From Mizuhopecten yessoensis (taxonomy: Eukaryota), in assembly GCF_002113885.1 (NCBI RefSeq), contig NW_018408802.1, positions 419,706 to 483,705 of the forward strand: a DNA stretch of 64,000 nt, written 5' to 3'. The notes under the pieces are model-generated. The model worked only from the letters and a program-made list of their open reading frames with translations. It was not told where the DNA came from and made no database searches. A program made the position numbers and the translations under genes. Below, in pieces: positions 53,540-64,000 of this stretch; the first letter of the stretch is position 1; each line of letters begins with the position of its first letter.

Positions 53540-54452
53540 ATCTAAAATTTAGAACTAAAGTTCTAGCCTACAGGTACCATACTTAAGATTACCTCAGATT
53601 ACATAATAAAATTAAGCCTCTGTTTCATTTGCAACCTTTGTCATAACAAAAAACTTTCTAAGTCTTTTTTCCCAATTCTTTAATACCTCTCCTTACAGTA
53701 ATTAGGCCAAACAAAACATATTTGATGTTTCCGGTAACCCTTCCTACCCTAACATTTTTAATGGCAATTTTCAAAGAAGCAACGTTAAAGTCAAGTTCAT
53801 TCTCCTATATAAAACATTTAAAAGTTTCCTACATGTTACAGGAAACACATAATCTTTTTCTGGCTTTACAAAACACCATTTACATGACTGTTACAGGTAT
53901 TGTCAGGAACCTACATTTTGTAATTCTAAGTTGAACAATTGCCCAATACTATCCAGGATCCCTGTACAAGACATTGTATGGGCAGATCTGGTCGACCAGT
54001 ACAAACCTAACGAGTATAATGACCAAAAAGACTAAGGAAGACATAGGAAAAACAAATGAGACTGTCGACGTCTTAGCCATACAAAAGTAAGACAGGACTT
54101 AAAAAACGTTTGCCTTATATTTGTTTTTGGGTGAAACAATCTAGTACAGAATGACTCTTGACAAACAAGATTTAAGGTGAAATGACCTGATATCTACCTG
54201 GTATCTAAAGTACATGTATATAACAAAATATTACATGGCCAAATAAACTTTAAAACCCACGTATTGGTGACGCTTGAATATGTTGTGATCATATGCATTT
54301 TCTCTAAAATATCACAGGAGTATAGTGAAATTGTGGTAAAAATTACAGAGCAGCTTGATCTCTTGTCAAAATATACATGTTATAATGAGTAATCCGAGGC
54401 AGCAAAAACGTAAAATGGAACAGCAATCTTCAAACCTTGTTTTTGTTTTTAT

Positions 54453-54615
54453 TTTATTCTCTTAACCATTACCATGAACATTTCTACGCAATTACATCCT
54501 GAAGATTATTACAAGTTATGGGTCAAATATATGATTCAACTTTTAAGTGATACTGTTTATGTATATGTTACCAGTATAGTTTTTCAAACTTCAATTAATT
54601 CGACTCACTATTTTC
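54453..54615. repeat. 163-bp segment, inverted copy of 58344-58506
   Basis: Hand alignment gives 3 mismatches in 163 bp. Confidence 0.92.
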
Positions 54616-55833
54616 AAAATTATTCTCTTAAATAGTCAATCTGTATCAACTGTTCAAACCTATGTTAATATTTACATATATACTTATACCACATGCTGTA
54701 ACCGGAATGGGAGAAGACTTATAAAGGCGTCAGCCTGTTGTCTAATGCTTTTGTGTTGGAATTGGAAACGATAAAATATCTTGAATTGAAATATTATAAT
54801 ATATAAGTGATATCTAAGTAATGATCATCTAAACTAAACCAGAAATTCTAAAGACTCTTGGCACTCAAACTGAACATTTTTATTTTTATTGACAGCTCAT
54901 GATCAGTTCCCATATTTAGAAGATTACATAATGTCATGTAATAGGGACAGAGCATGTGCAAGATGTTTGGTAAAAGACAGCTAGATATATGAATTAAAAT
55001 CGTAGTATATACACATTGTATATATTATTGTACACAGTATTAATTGTTACAAGGTTATTGTTTACAGTTGTTAATTAAATTGCAAGCATGAACTATTCTT
55101 ACTTAAGTGACACTAGTATCAGTTGATTATGACAGCTGTCACAAGTTAGGGGGCACCTGATCATGACCAGTCAGAAGAGTGGTAACACTTGAGTCAGATC
55201 TGCTTTTCTCTTATAATTATAATCCAATGAGGGAATTTTTATCTCGCAATTGGTCGTATACTTTAGAATACATATCAGTAAAGCGCAAATCTATTACAGC
55301 AACATTGTTTCAACAAAACATCGTACATTATATAGCAGGAGAAATATGGTGGAAACATGAACTGAACTGCATACAATTATCAAATAAAGTCCTACCTTTA
55401 GGATTAAATAAAATCACTTGGTTTGAAACCTGCTGAAATTTAACGATTCTGTGTTTTCTTCAAATCTGTCTCTGACCCTGGTGCTGACACACCCTTCTCT
55501 GTGAACAGGTATGTCGGAATTAAAACACCTTTATAACTGAAAGTCTATTTTTAACTCCGAAGAAAAGCCGGCGAATTTCATTGCTCACCAGGTGAGACTA
55601 TTACTAGCTTGTCCGACCGAACAGACACTTACCCGACCAGTGTGTGGGTAGATCTATAGGCCTACCTGTTTACTCTAATAGCGTGACAGGTAGACCGTGA
55701 CTGGCCTTTTAAATATGTAGGCCTAAATGGTTGTTCATGAATGAAAACCGGTCTTGTGCTGACATTAGCAACATGGAGCAGGGGGTTTGGGGAATAAAAG
55801 ACTATATATTTATCTTTTATGGCATTTGCATAC

Positions 55834-55983
55834 CTGTCTTGGTTCTTGCTGATCTTGTAATTTCTATGATAGGCTTGGTTAAATTCATTTCCTAAATATC
55901 AGAACGTATATATATTGCATTGTCCTTAGCAATGACTGCAAACCGGAAGTTGCGTAAAGTAAAACGGAAGTTGTCGTACTGTC
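55834..55983. promoter_or_regulatory. Probable bidirectional OTUD3/TMCO4 promoter with a putative non-coding OTUD3 exon 1
   Basis: Two ETS-type CGGAAGT motifs (about 55943-55950 and 55965-55971), local CpG enrichment, TMCO4 ATG at 55984, minus-strand donor CAG/GTATGC at 55834/55833. Confidence 0.6.
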
Positions 55984-56083
55984 ATGGCTGAAGATGGGGC
56001 AAAGTATAAGCTGACTGCGGCAAAAAGTGGTAAAACGCAAAAGGAAAAAGACAATTCTGACTCCGAAGTAGAAAATAATACAG
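55984..56083 (+). CDS. TMCO4: TMCO4 exon 1
   Basis: GTCATGG start, MAEDGAKYK...ENNT, CAG/GTAATT donor; phase 1 fits exon 2. Confidence 0.7.
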
Positions 56084-59000
56084 GTAATTAGAGTAGATAT
56101 CGAATGGGTAAGTTACAGTTGTAGGTCGTGAATGTGGATCTACATATCCTGGACACGTCATAGTCATCGTGTCGGATCGTTGTAAAGAAGTAAAAACGAA
56201 AGTAAGCAGGTAAGTACACTGTGATAGAAGGACCATTGAATTTCAAGAAATCTGACCCATGTGGATATTTTTTCGTGCTATTTGGTCACAATAAGGTATC
56301 TATACACGTAATAATCTTGAAATCCTTCCTGCTTAACTTTATCCAAAAACATCAGACGAGCTTAGTGCCAAGTGTGAAGCTCTGTAAGGCGGGCATCACA
56401 TTGACACAAATTAGAAATGCATCCTTACTAATAGGTGGGGACTTTAACCTCCCCGGACTTGATTGAAAAAAAACATGTCTATCAAACCTAACACAACCCA
56501 TCAAAACTTTCACACCCAGTTTCTAAATTTACTAGGGCTACATTTGTGTACATACCGGTTGAAACAGTACGTGTGGCGCAGAAATTGTCCACGATAAACG
56601 AACGCACTTGGACCGTTCAATGAATATTTAAAATCATTTCTTATACTGTAGCAATTACAAAAGAAAATTACCTAACATAACAGTTGCAACAGACAGGACA
56701 CTCTCACTCTTTCTCCTATCTCACTCCACATTGTAGAACAGACTGCCGCAAATACTCTTTTTTTCCCGGAACTATCCCAGACTGGATCAACCTCCCACTA
56801 GACCGGGTCTCATCCGAAACTTTGGAAACCTTTAAAAGTCGTCTCTCCTCTCTACAAAATTAGCTCTATTAATTTCTCACTCTCTTTTCCTGTACAATAA
56901 GTACAACCCAAACATTGACATGATCCTCATTATGATAAAGTAGGTCGATAAACAGGTAGAAGTAGAAGTAGAAAATAAGAACTGTTCTTGATTGGAACCA
57001 GTTTGATGAGAATGTGACACGCGCAGAGACAGTTGAGGGTTTTAAAGATGCTCTCACACAGTATATACTACTAGAGTAACCAGCCTCCCCCCAGAAGAAT
57101 CATATACCAGAATTATTCCTTGTTTCGTAACTCTACAGATACAGATAAAGAGAACACTTAATGCACCCCTCCATCTGTCCAAACAGACACACTCACCCCC
57201 TAAAGCTAGTTTCAAACATCTAACTGTGTAATCAAAAGTCCTTACAGTATAAAAATGACTGATTTTCATACTGATACTGTTGCAGCAATATATATGTGTT
57301 TATATTCAGAATGCATACACATTTCATAGTATATACATGTACATGTAATCTGTAAATTACAATCCCGGCACGACTAAATGCCCTGTTGTATAAGTCCCCA
57401 ATTCTCCCCGTTATAAAGATAAGGTAAGTTTATTTCTGGTTAAGGACTAATACATAAAGCCCTCTATACCAGACTCAAAAAATACATACAAAGTATTATT
57501 ATGCATATATAATATATACAATTTGACAGTTATATGATTGCAGCTCTGTAATTTAAAAAAGTTCTTGGTTATTCCAGTGGTTTTTAGCTCGTCCGGCGTC
57601 TGTCGTCTTGTCCATCAACTTTTTTTCTTTTAAACGACTTCTTCTGAAGAACTGGATGATCTAGGGTCATGCTATTTTGCCAGTAGGTACCTAGGATGGA
57701 GTGCTATAAAGTTTCCTCATTAAAATGACCTTGACCTACTTTCAAGGTCACAGAGGTCAAATATGTTCAAAAATTCAAACAACAATATCCTAGGAACCAT
57801 TTGGACTAGAGTCATGATACTTAGTAATGTTATGAAGACCAGCAGTGCGGATCTTTTTCTTAATTACAGTAATATGGTCAAAGGTCAACTTTAAGTGCTA
57901 GTTGGGGGTCAAATGTCAACATGGGTTAAAACCTTGAACAATCTTTTTCTCAAGTTCCATAAGGCCCAGGGTCATAATATTCGGCCAGTAGGTACCTGGG
58001 ATAGAGTGCTAAAAAAAAATCCTCTTTAAAATGACCTTGACCTTCTTTCAAGGTAACAGGGGTCAAATATGTTAAAAACTTCAAACAACAATATCCTTAG
58101 AACCATTTGGACTAGAGTCATGCTACTTAGTACCAGGGATAGAGTGCTATAAAGTTTCCTCTTTAAAATGACATTGAGCTACTTTCAAGGTCACATAAGT
58201 CAAAAATGTGAAAAAAACAACTTCAAACGACGTGTTCTAGTTACCAAATTGGTCTGAAGTTACCTATATGTCGGTTTCATGTAACTAAAGAAACAGGTGC
58301 GCGATACAGGCCCTCTGGGCCTCTTGTTTTTTAACAAGGACTCGAAAATAGTGAGTCGAATTAATTGAGGTTTGAAAAACTATACTGGTAACATATACAT
58401 AAACAGTATCACTTAAAAGTTGAATCATATATTTTACCCATAACTTGTAATAATCTTCAGGATGTAATTGCGTAGAAATGTTTATGGTAATGGTTAAGAG
58501 AATAAACATGCCTCCTTCATTGTATTACAAGATTTCTTAATAGTTCTAACATTAACAAATGGTGGCAGTGTAACAGCTAGGTTTTACTGTGCTTACCGTA
58601 CTGGTTTTACTGTGCTTACCGTACTGGTTTTACTGTGCTTATATTTTACCGCACTGGTTTAATGTGCTTACCGTACTGGTTTTACTGTGCTTACCGCACT
58701 GGTTTTACTGTGCTTACCGTACTGGTTTTACTGTGCTTACCGTATTGGTTTAATGTGCTTACCGTACTGGTTTTACTGTGCTTACCATACTGGTTTTCCA
58801 TTTAACTACAGCTAGCTTATGCATGTTTTATGAAGGAATCAGTTTTGACATTAGGTAGCTAAATTACAGTGTATATAAACACCATTATTAGTATTAAGAT
58901 CCCAGGATAGTTAGATAACTTTGTACATATTGATTTTTATGTATTATAAAAACTTCTGAAACCCAGTAAAGTGTTTCTTTTCCTCCCAGACATATCAAAG

Positions 59001-62000
59001 ATCCTCCATCGTAAGTTGTCCGATGTTGGAGCCTACTCGTACTCAGCACTGTGTGCGGTCTCCTTCCTACAGCTGTACGAGGACAAACTGCACAAGTGAG
59101 TACATTACTGTGTTTATTATTATATATATTATTATTTATATTATTAAATTAAAATAAATTGATTAAAATTAAAATTTCCTTTGTACTACCAAATATGACA
59201 GTGCCTGAATTAGCAGCCAAAGACAGATAATTATTTAATGTGAGTGATCCATTAATGCATGTACAAGGACCAAAGTATGTGTCTAATTTAGAAGAAATAT
59301 GTCTGTCATTTTGAATATATGATTTAGGAAATCAATCATTAGATTATACATTTAAAATTGTTCCTTACTATATAAATTGCTTAAAGGGTCATCTCATATG
59401 TAACACAGAAATATTATTGGTACATTTTCTTAAATATTTTTAGATGATTTAAAAATATATCTCTAATATCTTAAGTAGGCTTTATAAAGTGGTTTATATA
59501 AAAAATCTTCATATTTCTAAGTATGAATTATACTTAACTTGTGATTGTATGTAAAATAAAACAGAATATTTGATTATTTGTAATCAACTTTTTAAGTTAA
59601 GTTGGTATTTCATTTCACCAGTGAATTTAAGAAAGTCTACATGGAAAGGATTGTGGACCACCTACATCTACCAAGCCAGGTATGTTTGTAATAAATTAAT
59701 GGTAAATTATATCAGCAAAATTCTAATGGAAAATGTAATGCTTGGGATATTAATATACTGGTATAATTAAGATCTTAAGTTCATGATGAGAACTAACATC
59801 AAGCCAAATTAACAGCTTCCAACTTGCATTTGGTATTGGCATGTTAAATTTCACTTTTCCAAGTTCACTTTTATATAAACTTCAAACCTGTTTTAGTCAT
59901 CATTTGACTTGTAAGGAAATAGAGAAATGGAAAGCCTGTAACAACAAAACACATATATTAAAGGCTCAAGTACAAGCTCTGTATCAAGTGTGATATTAAA
60001 GGCTTAAGAACAAGCACTGTATCAAGTGTGATATTTAAGGCTCAAGTACAAGCTCTGTATCAAGTGTGATAGTAAAGGCTCAAGTACAAGCTCTGTATCA
60101 AGTGTGATGTTTAAGGCTCAAGTACAAGATCTGTATCAAGTGTGATATTAAAGACTCAAGTACAAGCTCTGTATCAAGTGTGATGTTCTAGGCTAAAGTA
60201 CAGAAGCTCTGTATCAAGTGTGATATTAAAGGCTCAAGTACAAGCTCTGTATCAAGTGTGATATTAAAGGCTCAAGTACAAGCTCTGTATCAAGTGTGAT
60301 GTTCAAGGCTCAAGTACAAGCTCTGTATCAAGTGTGATATTAAAGGCTCAAGTACAAGCTCTGTATCAAGTGTGATATTAAAGGCTCAAGTACAAGCTCT
60401 GTATCAAGTGTGATGTTCAAGGCTCAAGTACAAGCTCTGTATCAAGTGTGATATTAAAGGCTCAAGTACAAGCTCTGTATCAAGTGTGATATTAAAGGTT
60501 CAAGTACAAGCTCTGTATCAAGTGTGATATTTAAGGCTCAAGTACAAGCTCTGTATCAAGTGTGATATTTAAGGCTCAAGTACAAGCTCTGTATCAAGTG
60601 TGATATTTAAGGCTCAAGTACAAGCTCTGTATCAAGTGTGATATTAAAGGCTCAAGTACAAGCTCTGTATCAAGTGTGATATTAAAGGCTCAAGTACAAG
60701 CTCTGTATCAAGTGTGATATTTAAGGCTCAAGTACAAGCTCTGTATCAAGTGTGATATTTAAGGCTCAAGTACAAGCTCTGTATCAAGTGTGATATTAAA
60801 GGCTCAAGTACAAGCTCTGTATCAAGTGTGATATTAAAGGCTCAAGTACAAGCTCTGTATCAAGTGTGTTAAACTTCATTTACACTTTAACTAGACGACA
60901 ATATGACAATCATCAAGTTTTTAGGACAGGACAAACTGAAGTGCAATATTGTGACTTGCTTAGAAGTAACATTAGAATCATTACACAGACAAGAAGATTT
61001 CTGAGGCCTACAGGGCAGTTGTTTTAAAATAATTCAATGTAATACTTAACCTACCCTGAATACTGTTGAAGATCCAGCTTGTTTTTGACAAATTATTTCA
61101 ATAGTGGACAAATCATGTTTTTTTTCAGTTCTAAAGAAGTTCTGAAAAAACATAGTTAGGAGGTTAAATTTCTCCAAAAAGAAAGTCCACAATAATCATA
61201 CACAATTTGAAGCTGCAACTGTGATGACTTGCTATTGAATTTGATGTCTGACGACCTCAGGAATGTCAGACTTACACAGTCTGACTATAACTTAATGCTT
61301 TACATAGAACTTTTGGAATTTAAATAAGAGCTACATATATATATATATATACCTATTGAACAACATCTAATAAATATATTCTCTCATGTTGATTTAAATT
61401 ACAAGTGAATTAGTGAATCACATTTTCATTATACATTTTAAATCATCTAAATAACAAAAGTTCACTAATTCATGAATGATGTCTCAAACTCTTTCTGAGA
61501 GTGGATAAATACTATTGTAAGGTGCTTCATACCCTTAACTGTATGTATTCCTATTGTAATGTTGGTGTTCCAGGCAAGGGATTCAGTGATGGCAATCATG
61601 GAAGGTCAGGGTTTTGACGACGCCCGCCCCTATGTAGACATGGTCCTAGATGAACCTGTCCTGGAAAAGTCTGGTGTGCCAGTCGTGTCAGACCTCGTAG
61701 CTCTGTCCATCGCTAAGGGTAAACTGTCACTCAGATATGTGAATGTTAGACATTCAGTTACCTATTGGTAAAAGTAAAACAAATCCTATTGTCAAGTGTT
61801 GATAATCAGAAATCATGCCAATCAGAAAATGGCTGCTCTGATCTCAAGTACCATTACTATTACCTCTGATTGACTGAGACATCTTTAACTTCTCCTATAA
61901 ACAAGCTGTACAGTTGATGGTTACTATGAAGACTTAGTTAGACTGTTGTAGGTTGCTATGACAACCTAGTTGTACTGTTGTATGTTGCTATGACATTCTG

Positions 62001-62477
62001 GTTGTACTGTTGTAGGTTGCTATGACATTCTGGTTGTACTGTTGTAGGTTGCTATGACATTCTGGTTGTACTGTTGTAGGTTGCTATGACATTCTGGTTG
62101 TACTGTTGTAGGTTGCTATGACATTCTGGTTGTACTGTTGTAGGTTGCTATGACATTCTGGTTGTACTGTTGTAGGTTGCTATGACATTCTGGTTGTACT
62201 GTTGTAGGTTGCTATGACATTCTGGTTGTACTGTTGTAGGTTGCTATGACATTCTGGTTGTACTGTTGTAGGTTGCTATGACATTCTGGTTGTACTGTTG
62301 TAGGTTGCTATGACATTCTGGTTGTACTGTTGTAGGTTGCTATGACTCCCGGATGAGAGTGTTGATTAAACATGTTGCCTGGCAACTGAGAGTAAGTTGG
62401 GACACTCTGGAGGAGATTGAGGCTTCCATGGCTGACTCTCTGGAATCAGCCAGCCATGAAGCGTATGAGATGTCAGA
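55984..62477 (+). CDS. TMCO4: Transmembrane and coiled-coil domain protein 4 (DUF726 family), first 5 coding exons, 3'-partial
   Basis: Exons 55984-56083, 58990-59095, 59622-59679, 61574-61718, 62336-62477 in frame; YSYSALCAVSFLQLY, DEPVL...DLVALSIAKG and YDSRMRVLIKH match recalled human TMCO4 FAYAALCGISLSQLF, DLLSFSLKDG and YDARARVLVCH. Confidence 0.87.
56420..57055 (+). mobile_element. LINE (CR1/L2-like) fragments with an inserted DNA-transposon end
   Basis: Endonuclease-type IGGDFNLPGLD, ORF2 C-terminal YSFFP.TIPDW..LP and RTVLDWNQ motifs. Confidence 0.65.
57581..58328 (+). mobile_element. Helentron/HINE-like element
   Basis: TTTTTAGCTC start, TTTCAAGGTCACAG internal repeats, 3' CAGGTGCGCGATACAGGCCCTCTGGGCCTCTTGTTTT. 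Confidence 0.78.
58344..58506. repeat. 163-bp segment, inverted copy of 54453-54615
   Basis: See partner copy. Confidence 0.92.
58580..58797. repeat. 23-bp minisatellite, about 9 copies
   Basis: GGTTTTACTGTGCTTACCGTACT unit. Confidence 0.9.
58990..59095 (+). CDS. TMCO4: TMCO4 exon 2
   Basis: DISKILHRKLSDVGAYSYSALCAVSFLQLYEDKLH. Confidence 0.85.
59622..59679 (+). CDS. TMCO4: TMCO4 exon 3
   Basis: EFKKVYMERIVDHLHLPSQ, donor GTATGT. Confidence 0.8.
59956..60868. repeat. 38-bp minisatellite, about 24 copies
   Basis: AAGGCTCAAGTACAAGCTCTGTATCAAGTGTGATATTA unit. Confidence 0.95.
61574..61718 (+). CDS. TMCO4: TMCO4 exon 4
   Basis: ARDSVMAIMEGQGFDD...DLVALSIAKG. Confidence 0.87.
61941..62346 (+). 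repeat. 32-bp tandem array spanning the TMCO4 intron 4/exon 5 junction
   Basis: TACTGTTGTAG/GTTGCTATGACATTCTGGTTG, with 13 acceptor positions spaced 32 bp from 61951 to 62335. Confidence 0.95.
62336..62477 (+). CDS. TMCO4: TMCO4 exon 5
   Basis: CYDSRMRVLIKHVAWQLRVSWDTLEEIE...YEMSE, donor GTAAGT. Confidence 0.87.
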
Positions 62478-62654
62478 GTAAGTATTTCTTTCCTGTGAAT
62501 GTCAGCAAATATTTTCTTGGTTAGTACAAGCTAAACAATAAAATTGTAAAATTTGTCGAAAAAACATGTATTTTCATGTCAAAAAGAGCATGTTTTGTTT
62601 GGTTTTGATTCAAGACTTCAGAAAAAAAATATGTAATGAACCATAAACTATCCA

Positions 62655-64000
62655 TTTTTAACTCACCTGGCCCAAAGGGTCAAGAGAGCTTATGCATCCG
62701 TCCGGCGTCAATATTTTACTTTAAACAACTTCTTCTCAATAACCAAAAGGCCAAGGGTGATGATATTTGGCCAGTAGCATGCTGGGATGAAGGGCTACTA
62801 AGTTTGTTCAAATGAATGACCTTGACCATCTTTCAAGGTCACAGGGGTCAAATATCTTCAAAAAACTTCTTAATAACCATAAGACCCAGGGTATTGTTAT
62901 AAGGCCTGTAGTATGCCGGGATGAAGGCTACCAAGTTTGTTCAAATGAATGACCTAGACCCACTTTCAAGGTCACAGGGGTCAAATTTCTTAAAATCTTC
63001 AAACAACTTCTTCTCAATAACCAAAGGCCCAGGGTACTGATATTGGGCCTGTAGCATGCTGGGATGAAGGGCTATAAAATTTGTTCAAATGAATGACCTT
63101 GACCATCTTTCAAGGTCACAGGGGTCAAATATCTTCAAAAAACTTCTTAATAACCATAAGGCCCAGGGTATTGTTATTAGGCCTGTAGTATGCCGGGATG
63201 AAGGCTACCAAGTTTGTTCAAATGAATGACCTAGACCCACTTTCAAGGTCACAGGGGTCAAATTTCTTAAAATCTTCAAACAACTTCTTCTCAATAACCA
63301 AAAGGCCAAGGGTAATGATATTGGGCCTGTAGCATGCTGGGATGAAGGGCTATACAATTTGTTCAAATGAATGACCTTGACCATCTTTCAAGGTCACAGG
63401 GGTCAAATATCTTCAAAAGACTTCTTAATAACCGTAAGGCCCAGGGTATTATTATTAGGCCTGTAGTATGCCGGGATGAAGGCTACCAAGTTTATTCAAA
63501 TGAATGACCTTGACCAACTTTCAGGGTCACAGGGGTCAAATGTGTTAAAATCTTCAAACAACTTCTTCTCAATAACCAAAAGGCCAAGGGTAATGATATT
63601 GGGCCTGTAGCATGCTGGGATGAAGGACTGCCAAGTTTGTCAAAATGAATTACCTTGACTTATTTTCAAGGTCAAAGGGGTCAAATGTGTTCAAATCTAC
63701 AAACAACTTCTTCTCAATAACCAAAAGGCCCAGGGCACTGATATTAGGCCTGTAGCATGCTGGGATGAAGGACTGCCAAGTTTGTCCAAATGAATGACCT
63801 TGACCCACTTTCAAGGTCTCAGGGGTCAAATTTCTTAAAATCTTCAAACAACTTCTTCTCAATAACGAAAAGGCCAAGGGTGATGATATTTGGCCATTAA
63901 CATGCTGGGATGAAGGACTACCAAGTGAATGACCTTCGCCCATATTCAAGGTCACAGTGGTCAATATATATTTAAATCTTTAAATGATTTGTTCTGTATA
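62655..64000 (+). mobile_element. Helentron/HINE-like element with alternating 133/145-bp internal repeats, runs off the window
   Basis: TTTTAACTCACCTGGCCC start; TTTCAAGGTC recurs at about 62831, 62964, 63108, 63241, 63386, 63519, 63664 and 63809. Confidence 0.8.

Overview
AT-rich, intron-containing animal genomic DNA with assembly gaps. The repeat landscape (Helentron/HINE-type elements with internal satellites, tRNA-derived SINEs, many minisatellites) suggests a mollusc, probably a bivalve; this is an inference. I rebuilt four spliced protein-coding genes by hand from GT-AG junctions with consistent phases: a C3orf33 homologue (+, 11404-16896), a centrin-like EF-hand protein with a Lys-rich N-terminus (+, 21741-26461), OTUD3 (-, 46216-39742) and the first five coding exons of TMCO4 (+, from 55984, running off the window). 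OTUD3 and TMCO4 are head-to-head and probably share a compact ETS-motif promoter, and I recall the same neighbourhood in human. The most unusual pattern is that several tandem arrays are copies of functional sequence next to them. A TMCO4 splice acceptor is repeated 13 times, and the upstream copies lead into an in-frame stop. The OTUD3 C-terminal codons plus stop are repeated into the 3' UTR. A SINE A-box is amplified about 30 times, and a 5.4-kb 36-bp satellite sits between a tRNA-like head and a SINE-like tail. A 163-bp, ~98% identical inverted duplication brackets the bidirectional promoter. Gene names rest on my recollection of the human proteins, not on database searches.
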